From Adineta vaga (taxonomy: Eukaryota > Animalia > Rotifera), in the NCBI GenBank assembly GCA_021613535.1, contig CP075496.1, forward strand, positions 6,448,001 to 6,512,000: a stretch of DNA of 64,000 bases, given 5' to 3'. This document shows positions 1-17,729 of this stretch, piece by piece. The number at the start of each line of letters is the position of its first letter. Position 1 is the stretch's first letter. The notes beneath the pieces were generated by a model, which saw only the letters and a program-made list of their open reading frames with translations, ran no database searches and had not been told where the DNA came from. Position numbers and translations under genes: made by a program.

Positions 1-1662
<1,662 letters not shown>

Positions 1663-1851
1663 AAAGTCATTTTCTTCTTGAATTTTACAGTACAAAAAGA
1701 TTATTTTATTTTCCTCTATGATCCAATAAAGAATTGACTAGAAATAAAAAAAACATACAAAAAAAAAGATTTCTGATAATTTTTATCTTAATGACTTTAT
1801 TTTTACACAGAAATATCATGCAAGAAAGAAGATTAAATAGCACAAAATAAT

Positions 1852-2825
<974 letters not shown>

Positions 2826-3600
2826 GATCAAACCATCTGTCTATCTATGTGTGTGAACGTCACGCAGTTATACAAGGAAAAATGAATATTATCTTTGATT
2901 GCCTCATAGTCACCTATTGAGATAAAACTAAAATAATGATGTCGCTCGTCGACGATCAAGATATAAGAGCACATCGAAAAGTAATACATTTTTTTTTCTT
3001 CTTTCAAATATAGAGGAAGATTATCATCAGTAGTATGGAAATGTAAAACTTATATTAATAATTGAGATATTCTATCACACAAAACAGCTAATCTTACAGT
3101 ATTATGAATAATATTTATAATAATTTCTCATAGACAAAGATTAAATCAAATTTTCTCTCAGACTGTTTGATATTAATTCAAAATTAATTAATCATAACTG
3201 AAAGGCATTACGGATTATTCGTTTTGTGTAATTATGATAATAACAGGCAAGCTTTGTCGCGAAATGGGATTTACTTTGAACAAAAGGTTTATGCAAGAAA
3301 TATTCTTTCATTAATTAATGAATACATTAAAGTGTAAACGGTAATGCACTGTTTTAAACTTTAGATATAAATAGAAAATCTCTTGATAATTAACGATTTA
3401 AATGATAAAAGAAAAGAAAAATTAGAATTCATCTTTCTTTGTCAACTAGAGATGATTAGATATGGTAAAATACAAGTTTATTAAGAAGCAGAAAAACAAA
3501 ACAAACTATGAAGACATCGATTCGTTAAATGTCGTTTTGACAATAACTCAATTCACATTTTTTTTTTATAAAAAAAATTGCACAGCTCTGTTTCTTTCTT

Positions 3601-4531
3601 TTATTGTAAACTACAAATGGATGTACGTGTCGTATTTGATGTTGGTGGTGATTTAATAGGTGTCGATGAATTATTTTGTTCTTGTCGAACAATAGGTGCA
3701 GTTATAATACGTGTTGCATCAGAATCATTTTTCGGTAAAACAATATGCATTAAATGTGCAGTAACTTGTCGAAATAGATTTTCGACTGATTCACCAGTTT
3801 TAGCTGAAACAAAATAAGATAACATATCTCGATCTTTAGCAAAACGTTGATGTCGTTCAGCTTTAACAGCACGTAAATGTTCCAGATCACCTAAATAGAT
3901 TGATATTAAGATAAAAGATATCTTGGTTTTTTTTTATGGAAAAACAAAATCCATACTTTTATTGCCAACAAGTGCAAATAAGGGTTTTCGACTAGCACAA
4001 TATTTGGTTACAGTATGATACCAATCTTCGAGATTTTCAAAACTTTGTAAATTTGTAATGTCATAAACAAGTAAAACAATCTAATACGAAGAAAAAAAAC
4101 AAAGATCAAATACAATTTATATCAACGATTAAATGAAAAGCAAATATACATCTGCGCCAAATATATATTTGTCTAACATGGCACCACCTAACGTTTGTCC
4201 ACCGACATCATTGACAGCCAATGTCACATTGTACGATCCTAACGAATACATTTACATTGTTAATAAGAAAACAAAATCAATGGAATATCATTACGTGTTA
4301 AATTAATACGTTTTAAGTAATAATCAATTCCTAATGTTTGATTATAATCTCGATTGAATGCATCCTTGGAAAATCGTTCCGAGATGGATGTCTATAAGTA
4401 GGAGGAAAAAGATTGTATAGAAAAAAAAACAAATAAACAATAAAGTATGATCTTACTTTCCCAGAACTACCGTCACCAACGAGAACAATTTTCACCTGTT
4501 TTTCGTATGTTTCACCTTCCGAATCCGACAT
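3601..4531 (-). CDS. RAB28: Rab28 small GTPase (5 exons)
   Basis: [66 protein letters not shown], and a C-terminal CaaX CSLQ typical of Rab28. Confidence 0.93.
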
Positions 4532-7500
4532 TGAGAATTTAACTTAAATTTCTAAAAATTTCTCGGAATATTCTCATGAAAAGTTCTTATTATATGTTCA
4601 AACGCGCAGCTTGACAATGAAAGTAAACGTTACCATAAGAAGAATATTGCCTTGACATCAACCTCAATCTTTTACTTGGCGACATCTTTCGATTGATTTG
4701 AATTCTCCTTTTTCTTTTTTATCAAGATTACAGATATCATATTTAAAAAATGATAAGTCAAATGAATTTAATTTCAATACATTGTGTACCATACTCTTTC
4801 GATTGAATCCTACTAATTTTTTTGAGTAGAAAGTTGTCATTGAATAGATAGACGAGTGCATATGAATATGTTTATTAAAAATTAAGTGTCATAAACAGAA
4901 TTTGGATTAAATTTAATGAATTCTTGTTCTTGTGTTATTTAGTTTTTATTCTTTTAGATTATTCTTTAATCTAATATTTTAATTCTGTATGAATTCTAAT
5001 ATATATTTAATAAACTTAAATTCAAAAAACTCATTGATCATAAAAATAATTGAGCAATAAAAGCACTTAAAGAAGAATATTTCTGTCATAGATACCTGCT
5101 TTTGATGGAATCTATTTCCTACTTGGTAATTATTTGTTCACGTCAGTGTTATTTCATTCTTTATGTCTGAAGAAGCAAATCAATAGGGCTATGTCACAAC
5201 GTTTGTGAGGAACAAAGTATTAAGTTTCACCGACTTGCGTCATATATCAAGTACATTAATGAGATGATAGAAAAGGATTCGGAAACAATTGCAGAGTACT
5301 CAACATTCATATTTCATTTAAATATAATTAGTTACTAATTTGTTAGAAGACCTACGAGATTCTTTTGATATAGTTTGTCGACATATGAAACCTGAAAGAA
5401 TTGTCGAAAATAATTCTTTTCAGGTACGTTTCTATTGTATAGAAAAGTTATCGAAGTTTCTCGATCAAGGCAAATTCAATGAACAAATTCTGATCAATAC
5501 GATCTATTATTCAAAAACAATGATTAGAAAGACATGACTTAATTTATGCAAATAAAACTAAGAATTATTCATCACAATTATTTTCAATAATCAATAAATT
5601 GTTGTTTTCGATAAAAAAAAGGATACAGGAATGATGAATTATCTTTGTCAGATTTTTCAATCTGTCACGGCAGAGAACATAAGTTGCCATTTCTTAAAGA
5701 TTTTTAGTTAATTATTTCATATTTAAAGATTAGAAAAATATACATTGCTGATCAAAAGACATTCACTTAATTATTTTTTTTTCGTAAGCAAGTCATATAT
5801 TTACACACAATTATTCTCAACGGAGTCAATAATCATTGAATTATAAATATTAATGAATGTCAAAATGAACCGATGATGAATGAAATAACATGAAATTTTA
5901 ATCGATTTCAAAAATTATTTTTGAAATCTTATGATAAAATATTTATGAAATAATTATCTAAGAATGAATACATAGTCGAAACTTTGAATAATATATATTC
6001 ATGAAAATTACATGTTGAGCACAAAAGAACTGATAGTTTTTTCTAATGGATATGTTTTATGTTCCTGTAAAATATGAACGTAAATACCCGCTGTTATTGT
6101 TGCGTGACACACAAACATTAAATTCACTTCATGAATGAATTTCATCTCTATATATCCTGTAAATAGGTCAAACTAATGTACTGAGAATATCGATCATATA
6201 CATATAGTACAGTTGTTCTAAAGTAAACCATAAGATAAACTTTTTGTGATATAAATCGTTTTCTTTTAATTATAATACTATTAACCAACGATGTGATTTG
6301 ATTAACAAATAATTGAATGAGAAAAAAAATAAACAATACATATAGTCGAAATAATTTCCATGAAAAAAGATCTTGAGTAATTCATATAAAATCAAATATT
6401 CTCTACACAAAACGACTAAAGAAACGAGTACATCTTTGTTCTTTGAATAACAATAAATCAATCATGTTCATTTGTCTTTCTTTCCTCGTCAATCATATTA
6501 GTCAATTGATGTCATCTATGACTTTCGTTTTCCATATTTTCTTTTTCCATATATATCAGGATGTCGAAAGTAATTTAATCATCAGAATAAATATCATGAA
6601 GAAGAAGAAAAAAACTAACACGGCAGAGATCGATAGAAAATATATAAAAAAAAAGCTAAAAAGTCGAACGTAAAAGCAATTATCGACATTGCATGACAAG
6701 TTCCTGTCTATATAGAACAATAAAGAGAACATTTATTCATTTCTTGTAGATCTTTTGATCGATATGAATAAAAGAACAAAAATGTAATATCATTGAAAAG
6801 GGAATTTGATCTTTCTATTTATAAATCAAGAGATAATGTTTTTCACTTCTTAAACTGAAGGTAAGCTTTTGATAATTTGGTTTACTTCTTATGAGAGAGA
6901 GAAAGAGAGAGGAACACGGTGGAGGGTAATTAATTTGTATATAGAACAGAGGATTTCAGATGATTAGCTTGATGAGGTCAATTTGCAATTTGTTGAGATA
7001 AAAACATAGTTCCGTTTTGTTTTATTCTCATATACTTACATTTTGTCGTTGAATATAATTTGATGATACAAAGTCGTTAATAGATAATCTTTCAATCATA
7101 ATCTTAGATTTCCGAATAATTTTATTGAATTTATTTTTCTCTTTAGAATCCTTATGTATTGAATACATAATAGAAAAACAATTTATTGATTTGGTTAATT
7201 AGTAAGTTCATTCGATTATTTCAAATAATAAGATAAAAAAAATGTCTGTACGTTTCAATGAATCCAATTATCTCGATTTGTTGTTTATTGTTTTTAATCA
7301 TGGTGTCTATTAGTTAAACGTTAATGAACTGAGTAGTTTTCTTTTGTCGTCATGTCTAATGTTATCTTTTAAGACGAACAAGTAATGTTAGGAAACAAAT
7401 TAATTTTTTTCTATTCGTATTTCAGAAAGAAAATTATCGACAAAACCCAGATGAATAGTATGATAAACAAATTATTAACATTTCTTATTCATGCGTAATT

Positions 7501-9175
7501 AAGTCAGGACGACGAAGTTACAATTCTTATTTACATACTGTAAACAATAGCAAAATCAAGACAACATTTAGTTCTAATATTTTTTCTTCTTCTTCGTTTT
7601 TTTTCTCTCTCTCGAATAATAAGCATCGACCGAGAAAAAAAACTAAACTAAGAGAATCAAAAGAATAGTATCATTTTTGCTTTTAATATAAGCATTTAGA
7701 TTATTGGATTGTTCACTTATCTTCATTTTTCTATTATCTACGTCTTGCGTTTATTCAATTAGAAAAGAAAACGTTAATACGAATTGATATGTGAGTAGTT
7801 TATCACAATATGAAAAGACATTCTATTCAGTATATGTTTAGAAAGATACAAGTTTTTTCTTCAGAAAATCATCCCTATTGATAATACTTATTGTTTGATT
7901 TGCAGATATCTATATAAAGAAAAACATCCGTTTATAAAAATTCTATTCTCTTGTGTTGATAGAGACAAGTATTGATAGATTTCTTTTGTTCGAAATACTT
8001 GTGTACTTTTATTTCTTGTTTTAACCGTATTTGTAGATTCATTGAATAAACTTGCCATATTGATTGATTTCAAGGATGTAATATTCGTCCGATAAGAAAA
8101 ATAAGATCTACAGTATGTTTATTTAATGAGAAGTTAATAAATATTTTAGCGAATTTATTCAAATAGAATGCTTGACATGTAAAGTGGAAAGTGAATTTTG
8201 ATCGACCTCTTTTCTTTTTTAGCGTAGGAAGAAAGAAATCGATGTATCTGTCGTAATGTGAGATTATTATTTATTTAAATGGTACTCAACAAAATCGCAT
8301 ATCGTTTTGTTTTTTTTCTCCGCTAAGCTTTTCTTCTCTATTGATCAAGTGGAAAAAAGTCAGTGATGTAAAACTGACAAAGAATATAATCGAATGAAAA
8401 TCGACGTAACAAGGTTCAGAACAGAGGGATCTAATCGAATTTTTTTGAAGTTGTTTATGATGAACATATTTGATATTTTTTTAAGTTGATCTCAGTTTTT
8501 ATCTTACTGTACGTAGGCTACAAGATATTTCTTTTTGAATATGAAAAACTCCTATTATCTCATTATGTCCATAAACGCAATAATTGTAATCTTCTTATGT
8601 TTAATGAAAAAAAAAGAAGTATGAGAGAGTCTCGACTATTTAATATTCGATATATTGAATGTAAAATTTTCCTTTTTCTCCTCTCTATTAGAAAATAAGA
8701 CGAGTTGATTACAAAAGTAGTTCTTAACGAAAAAAGGTAAGGTCATTAGATGTTGCTCTTATTATTATTATTGTTGTTGCTGTTCAATGAGAGAGAAGAA
8801 GGAATGAGAGTTGTTGACGATAGGTGGGAAAGTGGCCGGATATGAATGTGCACGACGAGTATCGAGCGGAAAATGAGGAGGAGGCATCTTCCGAAGTTTT
8901 CTTTACTAGAATTCATCTAGGAAAATAAAATATACTCTTCATATACTGTAAAAAAAAGAAGAAAGTGCACTGAGAAAGACTATTAACACAGTGATAGAAA
9001 TAGAAATAGACTAATCTTTTTTTTTTTGCTTTTTCATTTTCCAGTGCCACTCACCATTTCATATCCACATCGTGATCTATTCTCATCAGATCTTTATCAG
9101 AATAATGATCATTTTCTTTTACCACTTCCTAATAATACGATCGATTGGTATATAATATCATCTGTCAATTCTGAT

Positions 9176-11249
9176 ATGGTAATTCATTCACCTTCACCGT
9201 CGAATCATCTTAATCTAACAGCAGCACTCATAACAACAACAACAACAGCAACAGTACGAAAAGCCATGTCATTATCTGAAATGTTGCCAATAGCATTAGT
9301 GCTTTCAACTATTGTTATTCTATGTATCTGTGGCAATATTCTCGTTATACTTTCTGTCTTTACATTTCGACCATTACGAACTGTACAGAATTTTTTTATT
9401 GTTTCACTTGCTTTCTCCGATATGTTAGTCGCCATTATAGTTATGCCATTTCATATTGTTACGCATATACTCAATCGTTGGATATTCGGTAAAAAGACTT
9501 TGAATTTTCTAGTATTAGAAACCATAAACTTTTACTTTTACTTTCAGGACAAATTTTCTGTCAAATCTTTGTCACTTCTGATGTACTTCTATGTACTTCA
9601 TCGATATTAAATCTTTGTGCTATAGCAGTAAGTTTAATTGAATTTTCTTTCGATCTAAAAATAGAAAACGAGAACTTTTCAATATTTCCTTAGCTTGATC
9701 GTTATTGGGCTATAAGTGATCCATTGCAATATGCACGCCAACGTACCATACGACGTGTTCTTTTTATGATTATGATTGTTTGGGTTTTATCAGCAACAAT
9801 ATCTATCCCACCTATCATTGCTACTGTTCTTGGTTCACATGAATTACAAAATTTCAATGAATTACAACAATGTGAATTATCAAATAATAAAGTTTATGTT
9901 ATCTATTCAGCTTGTGGTTCATTTTATATTCCTGCCTTAATTATAACTATAGTTTATGCTGAAGTTTTTATTGAAACAAGAAAACGTTTTCGTGAACGAG
10001 CGAAAGGTTTGTTAACTAAATTCAATTTCTTTATATCGTAATTCATTTGAATTTCTTATCTAGCTGCGGAAAAATTAGCGAATGCAACTCGTACTCATAA
10101 AAGTTGTACTGTGATGAGTTGTTTAAATGAACAATCTCAACATAATATTCATCAAAGTTTAACTTCATCAATTCTTAATCCAAACGCTTCCCTGTTAAAA
10201 CATTCGGCATCAAATGGAAGTGGAATAGAAAATTTTAGTACTGATGATGCCGAAGAAATGTTATGTCTTAAACACGAATATGTCAAAACAACTTCATCAG
10301 CAAGTTTTAGTCATAATCCTAATATTAATGTGATGATGATAAATAATCAATTTCTTCAATCTCAACGATCGGATGCGAACAATTCACAAAATTCTTTATT
10401 GATTAATACCGATGAAAATCGAATGAGTAAGTCAAACATGGTTCGATACACTTCTTTTTTTTTCAGAGTATTTTACAGTAAAATACGGATCATTCTAAGC
10501 TTTTATAGAGATTATTCTATTAATTAATACATATCATCGTATTTTCAGGGTAGAAAATATTTCATTCGATTACTAAACATTATCTTTGTATAAATGAAGA
10601 AGAAGAAGAAAGAGAATGTTAAGAATTTCAATACTAATATCATGAGATTTTTCTAACTTGACAATGAAAATGATTTGTTTTTATCTAACACTTAGTCGGT
10701 GATCATTCCGCAGCAAGTGGTGATTTATCAATTCGTACTCCAAGTCCACATTCTATTCGTGAATATAAATTAGACAATGATAATCCAAATCAACAACAAA
10801 ATGCTTCTGTTCAAACAACAGAATATGCCCAAACACAAAAATATTTTCTATTAGAACGTTCAACTAAAGAAATAACTCGTAAAACATTATTTAAAGGCAA
10901 AAGTTTAGCAACATTAATGCATGAACGACAGAAAATATCGTTAACACGAGAACGTCGTCTTTCACGAACACTTGGTATCATCATTAGTGTCTTTCTTCTA
11001 TGTTGGTTACCATTTTTTGTTGTTTATATTCTCTCAGCATTTATCGATGTTCATCAACATATTAAAGAACCAATACCGACATTAATTCTCTGGCTAGGCT
11101 ATGTCAATAGTGCTGTTAATCCGTTGATTTATACGATATTTAACGTCGAATTTCGAATCGCATTTCAACGATTATTATTTCCCAAAATGACGAAAAAAAC
11201 ATCAAATCGTCGATATACAGCGAAAAATAGTAGAACAATAACATTTTGA
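9176..11249 (+). CDS. Biogenic amine GPCR, tyramine (Tyr1)/alpha-adrenergic-like; start codon uncertain
   Basis: [24 protein letters not shown]3 [25 protein letters not shown]5 [13 protein letters not shown], long ICL3, [31 protein letters not shown]. Five exons. Confidence 0.9.
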
Positions 11250-12570
11250 AAAGAAATGAGGAAGATTTTTTTTCTCTTTATGTGAATTGATACATTGGAA
11301 ACAAAAAAGGAAACATTTTCAGTTTATTTAATAATTCAAAAAATAAATATGTACATAGAAAAGTTTTAAAGTCATGTCAAGTTTTAGTTTATCGATTAAA
11401 ATAGAAAGGTAACTTAACATGATTCGAGTGGAAAACCTATTTGTCTCGTTGAATAATCATTGCAAAACACGTCTATTTTTAATTTTTCCTTGAATTTGTC
11501 GACAAAAATTTGAAGTGGAATGAAAGAACATCCTGTCTTAGGAACTAGAATAAAAACATAAGTAAGATAATTTTAAATCATGAAACTTTCTACATATACT
11601 AATTCATTGTTAATTTATCCATAAAATTGTATTCGAAATATTATTTTAATGTTATTTATCTTTCTTATTGATTAGTATGTCTTCATTCATGATAATTAAC
11701 TGTAAAATAATTATGCATTAGAAAAATTACATCTTCGAGGTCATTCACTAGATTTGATTGTAGTTCAAAACATTTGTGAGGTCAAACTCAAAGCACATTC
11801 AATTATTTTTTTACTAAAAATAGTTTTAAAATACAATAGAATTGAGTGCATAATCTATTCTAATGATTTATCTCGCGAATAATTCACAAAAATAACTACA
11901 GGGATTTATTTTACATTAGCCATTTGATTGTGTTCAGTTAAATCCTTTCTGCTATAAAGCTTCATTCCTTACGGGCATTCATTTCGATTAAAAGATCTTT
12001 TTATATAAAACACTAACAACCAAGGGTAAATTAGAATTTTCACATTGTCTCTGTCAAAAGAACTTTCGTAATTGCTTTGTCATTTAATATAATCAAAGTC
12101 ATAGAAGAACTTCATGATCTCATAAAATTTTCTTGTCATCAAGGAAAAAATGAGACTTTTCTCAAATACAGCAAAGCTCTTCAGTTACTTTGCTACTTAT
12201 GTGCTTTAAATAGCGCTCATTGATAGTTTATGAACAAAGAAGTTCACTCTTCTCTTGTATGATAAGAAAATATATATTATTACTAAATACATCAGCAGTT
12301 TTACATTACAATCACTTATTTGTTCATTGCCTCAAGTAACAGACAATTGCTCAATATTATTTATAGAATAGTATTCGGGATGATGACGCTTTATTTTTCT
12401 ACTGTAGAAAACCAAAAACTGATAAATCTACTTATATAAAAAGAAATCACTGAACCATTAGGAGAGTTATATGTTTTATCTCTATAACTACTGAAGACCG
12501 TGTAGATAATTATTCTATGATATTTGTTCCGTTTCTATAAATAAAGAAAATAGATATGGGAGGATTTGTT

Positions 12571-12832
12571 TTAGAAAAGACTTGAATTACTAGCTGGATG
12601 AAGTAGATCAGTAAGTTTACCACTCTGCCATTTATTAACACGAACATATGATTCTTCACGTTTCATAGCTTCTTTCGCAACAGAAGATTTCAAACATCGA
12701 CGTAATGTTCGTGCACATACAGCTGAATATTGAATATAACTAAATATAAATATACACATGAAGATAAAATGTTGAATATGAACAAAATGAAGATGAAACG
12801 AACTTTAAACCAGCTAAACGCCAATACTGCAT
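12571..12832 (-). CDS. ATP5F1E: Mitochondrial ATP synthase F1 epsilon subunit (exons 12832-12804, 12739-12571)
   Basis: Spliced: MQYWRLAGLNYIQYSAVCARTLRRCLK...VRVNKWQSGK, matching the epsilon WRxAGLxYxxYSxxCA signature. The 64-nt intron is GT-AG. Confidence 0.92.
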
Positions 12833-14604
12833 GTTAGATTATTTTGAATTTCGAAAATAGTAGATAAAAGATAGAATTAGTGGAAAGAAAATAAAAACAA
12901 CAATTCATTCCTTCCACCTACATATTATGATGTTAGATCATGACTGGAGTAAATATCTACCAACCAGATTCTTCCTAGCAGAGATTTTTCAAAGAAGTCG
13001 TCGGTAGATGGTAATAGACGATGCAGATATTAACCTTTCTAGACAAAATTACTACTGAAAAATCAATAATAGTCTAGCATTGTATTGTCAATCATAACTT
13101 TATACTTACAACATCACTACTGAATGAAATATTAAATATATCAGATCTTCTATCTTTTGTATTATGTAAAGACAACGATGCTGTCAATTTTTCTTTATAG
13201 ATCACATACTTAAGACTATATTTTAATACGAGATAAGAATATGGCCAATAAGTAACTGGTAATTCTTCATATACATGTACAGACACACAATTCAGAAGTA
13301 TCGAATGATTTTCTTTGATTCCATATTACTAAATACGCTAGACTCATGAAAAAGAAGTCATTGGTTTTTCTTTTTCTAAAATGCTATTCATTGTCCATGA
13401 CCTTAACTCCGACTTCGAACAAAAATAAGACCTATCAATCTTAATTCTTTGTCATATACTCGATAATTACAACTGCATTACATCGAATTTTATCATGTAT
13501 ATGTTTTTATATACATATCTCTGTGTGCATTGATTGTTGATAAATATCCTAAAGGTGTGAAGAAGTGTTGTTCATATTAGCTTTCAATCGAGCTATTATT
13601 TTCAAGCAAAAGTAAAGCGGATGTTTAAACTTCTTCCGGTTTGTGTAACATATCCTTGCGTTCTATACAATAGGATGGCAGCATTGACATTGTTGCTGGA
13701 ATTCGTAAATGATTAACAAACATCGTTTCTTATTTCACGTTCAACTTCTAAAGAAGAATCAAGCTACTGCGAGAAAGAAAATTTTTCTCTGTTCGTCAGT
13801 TTTTTTTTCAAATAGGTAAGCAATATGTATTGAGATTTTGTCATGTTCAATCAACAAAAGAATAAATGGGAACAAGCAGAAAAAAAATCTATGAAGTACT
13901 ATCATCATTGATGATATTTTTTCACAGCAAATTGTGAAAAAAAGATATTGCTTGAAATGAATTTGAAGTCTTTTATGATCTAATCATCACTAAACTAGAC
14001 AGAAATTTTGATTAAACTAAACAAATATCAAACGTCTTATGAGAAAATGATTGGCGTTCGTTTTTCAATCGCAGTCAATTTCAATATGATTGGTAGAAAA
14101 TCGATTTTTCTTTCTTTCTCTTACGTTCATCGTTTATATGTGTACTCCTCCTTCGCACAAGAGATTAAATATTTGTCATTAGTAATGTCGACGAGTAATG
14201 CAAGCTTTCTCTCTCTCTCTCTCTATTATCCATTACTACTAACAAAGAATAACGAAAGAGAGAGAAAAAAGAATAAACTAATGGATCAATTGTCTCTTTT
14301 TTTTCTCTTTAGCGTCGGTAAAACAAAAGCTAAACGGTAGCAAAAAAAGAAACGAGACGTTGAACTTTGTCGAACGTGATTCGTGGAGAAGAATATTTGT
14401 TGTACAAGTAAAACGAGCAATCAGCGAACGAAACGACAAGACAGACAAAAGGCAACGACAATCGATTGTTTACTTGAACATCATGATGATATGACCGTGT
14501 ACTATATACAAAATATATAGACAGAAAAAAACCTGTTGTTCAACTCTCTCTTTTTTCCCAAGACTTTACTTTCTTCTTCTGACAACTTCGAAAAACGAAC
14601 CTCA

Positions 14605-14705
14605 ATGAACAATATTAACAACGAGAATATTATACAAACTCATACATTTATTCAACAAATGCATACGAACGACGATACAAATATGACTACCAATGATTTT
14701 GACAG
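14605..14705 (+). CDS. Candidate upstream coding exon of single-minded (N-terminal extension)
   Basis: ATG..GAC AG|gtatgt is a phase-2 donor that joins in frame to the ctag|A ATT GAA GCA ATG acceptor at 17720. Confidence 0.5.
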
Positions 14706-17700
14706 GTATGTTGGGACGTGATTTCAATGTAACATAGAAACGTAAAAGGATAAATACTTTTCAAATGTTTATGATAATTGTCAAGTAAGTTCAATGATTG
14801 TTCTAGAATCTTTCTAAATTCAAACGACATAAATTTATTAGAATCTTTACGTTTTTCACCTTTGAGATTATTCTTATTATATAAAACCTATCAGAAATAT
14901 TGCTTTTCTTTCTTCTGTAACATTCAAAGAGAATACATATGTCACTGATGAGTAATTACTAGCATTGAATTGAGTTCATTTTGAAAACTTCGATTGATTT
15001 TTAACAGATTGTCTAAGATGGGAATTGTTATATTATCCTCTAATCGTATGTTGTGTGTAGAAAGAATGAAGAAGAAAAAAAAACAGAACGTGACTTCGAG
15101 ATGTTATGATATCTTTCTCTTTCGAAATTCTGGAAGAGCTGTGATGTATTATAGAATAAGTGAAATCTAATATGTTTCTAATTTCACGACCTTCATTTCC
15201 AACAATCAATTAGATAATAATTGGAAACTTAATTCGAGATATATTGACAGATATAAACTCACTATTTCTATAGATTCTTAATAAACATAGATCAGTTATT
15301 GAATTTAAACGTTTAAAAGTATCTATCTTTATTCATTATTATTTGTATGATAATAGTTGTCTTGTAAGTAAACGCATGTTATGACAATTATGATAGCAAA
15401 TTTCGCAATGAATATTGTTTTCTTTTGTGAAAAAACAGGTCAAACATTTGAGAAGATCTTGCTTTAAAGTAACTATTTCGACTGAACATGAGAATATATA
15501 AGGTACATTCAATTTATTAACAAAAAAATCAAAAAAGTTTCTTTTTGTAGTTTTATTTGTATTGAAAATATCGAGAGGTGGGTCCCTCTTCAGGATCGAT
15601 CAAGATCACCTACTATATGAACAATAAGCGCCATCCTATCAATACACACTATCTGATCTGTTTGAGTATAACATGAGTACATACTATATTATTGAGCAAT
15701 TAAAAATTGAATTTTACAAGATATTGATGCAATGTATTGAAACTTTTTGTATCTCTTTCGTGAAATTTCATAATTTCCAATACATATATGACTATTGATA
15801 CGAAAAAAAACATTGTATTTTCGTATATAATAAAAATCAATATTTTTTTTGTCTCCATATGATTTGTGTTCATTTTTCTCTATTGAAACTGTTAAATAAA
15901 TGAGTTAAATGCCGAGAATAATAGTGAGATTTTCATTTAAACGACAAATTTTTCGAACGAGTCAATTTACAGTTATCAATTTCATTGTTTTTCTTTGATC
16001 TGACATTAATCCTATGACTTTTTAAAATGCCAAGATTTTATTATTTTATCCACAAATTTCAATTTATCTTTTTCGAATAAAACTTATGAATGAAAGCAAG
16101 AATTATTCGTACATATTTCAACTGATATGTGCACTTTCATAGCATCTTATATATATATACACGCTACTGTCGAACATATGATTCACATGCAAATTTCAAA
16201 CCTTAGAATCATCGTACTACGAGAGATGAAGTATTTTGTCTGACACGCGTTTCACCCATATATATATATATTGCTTGCTTGCTTGATTATAAGTTTAATA
16301 ATAATGTTGACTTTTTCCTTTGTCTAAGACTAGCTCGATTGATCAATGTCTCTTTTCACAGAAAGATTATATTTGCTTTTCATCGTTTCTCTATACAGGT
16401 AGCTTTCTTTTTCAATTGACAAACATTCTCTGATGTGTTAATGTCAAAAAAACAAGAATTAACAATATATGCAAAGTACCCTTTATTCAATCTATCTCTA
16501 ATGCTTTTGTAGAAGAGACAAACTATATACTAAAGATATATATATATATATATCTATTCATTTTTCATTAGTAAAAGTGGTTACAAGTAATTCAATAAAA
16601 AGAAGTTTGTGAAGAGATTGAACTACCGCTTTCTTTTGTATATGAACTTGTTAGGTATATATCGTGTTAATCTCATCCTAATTCCTCTTTTTCTTCATGT
16701 CCGATAGGATATCCAATCGATTGAAGTGAGAAAAGTTAACATGAATTTTTTTCTCTCTTGTATTAGACAAATCAATCAAGAATAGAGAAAAGAGATAGAG
16801 CAGGCAAAGAAGCTATTCGTCTTCATATAGAACTTATCAGAAAAAAAAGAAAATGTCGAGATTTGGTCACGCTCAAATGATAAAGATATACGATTTCTAA
16901 GGTCAATTATATTTGAAGTTTTATTTCGGCTTATTAGATCCTAAATAGAATATAATTAAATCCTTGTTATACTTTTCTCTTGTGAAATTATTGAATGATT
17001 TAAAAGACTATGGAGATTTTCCTGTTCATAAATTGGTATGATTGTGCTTGTTGATATATCATATGAATAAGATTTATGAAAGAAAGAAGAAGAAGAAAAG
17101 AAGAGAAAAATGAGTAGAATTAAGTCAGCGAATAGAAATACGAGTAAAAGTATATAGCGGACATCTTCTCATTGATGAATAAAGAAAGAAGAAGAAGAAA
17201 AAGAAAGAGAGACGTTTCATATGTGTTATAAGCATACCAGCAACATCAGCGGATTAATAAACCGTTGTTGTTGTTGTTGTTGTTTTTATTGATTATTTAC
17301 TACTTTAACATAAGTAAGTCTTTGATTGAAATGAACATGTATAACTATTTCTTTTAAATTAAACTAATTAATAGCCAATGTTGATGAGATAGTTACCGCT
17401 TTGAAATAAAAATAGAAAATGATGTGCAGAGATGCGCGTGTCAAATGAGATGGATGCGTTAAGTAGGGTTTCGGAATTTTTTTGTTAACAATGCTAATTT
17501 CTTTCCTGATGCCTTTCTCTTGTCTTCTCTCGTTAATCGAGAAAATCCATTTCTCAGATGACAAGGCAACAAATAGGCACGATTTACTAGGTAAAAGAAG
17601 AAACGTGTGTGTGTGTGTGTTCGTCGACAATTGTGAATTAATCGAAGGGTCATAAAAGAATTTTTACAAATGATCTTTGTTTTTCTTACATATATATTTT

Positions 17701-17729
17701 TTTTGCTTTGTAATTCTAGAATTGAAGCA

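Noticed and set aside
4664-8698. Short ORFs in the Rab28-GPCR intergenic region, and similar ones at 13-17 kb, 34-35 kb, 51-54 kb and 61-64 kb
   Set aside because: F/I/L/K-rich translations typical of AT-rich non-coding DNA, with no motifs or consistent splice structure.
14370-17610. ACGTG (CNS midline element) cores near sim suggesting autoregulation
   Set aside because: Only a handful of 5-mers in more than 3 kb, about what base composition predicts.
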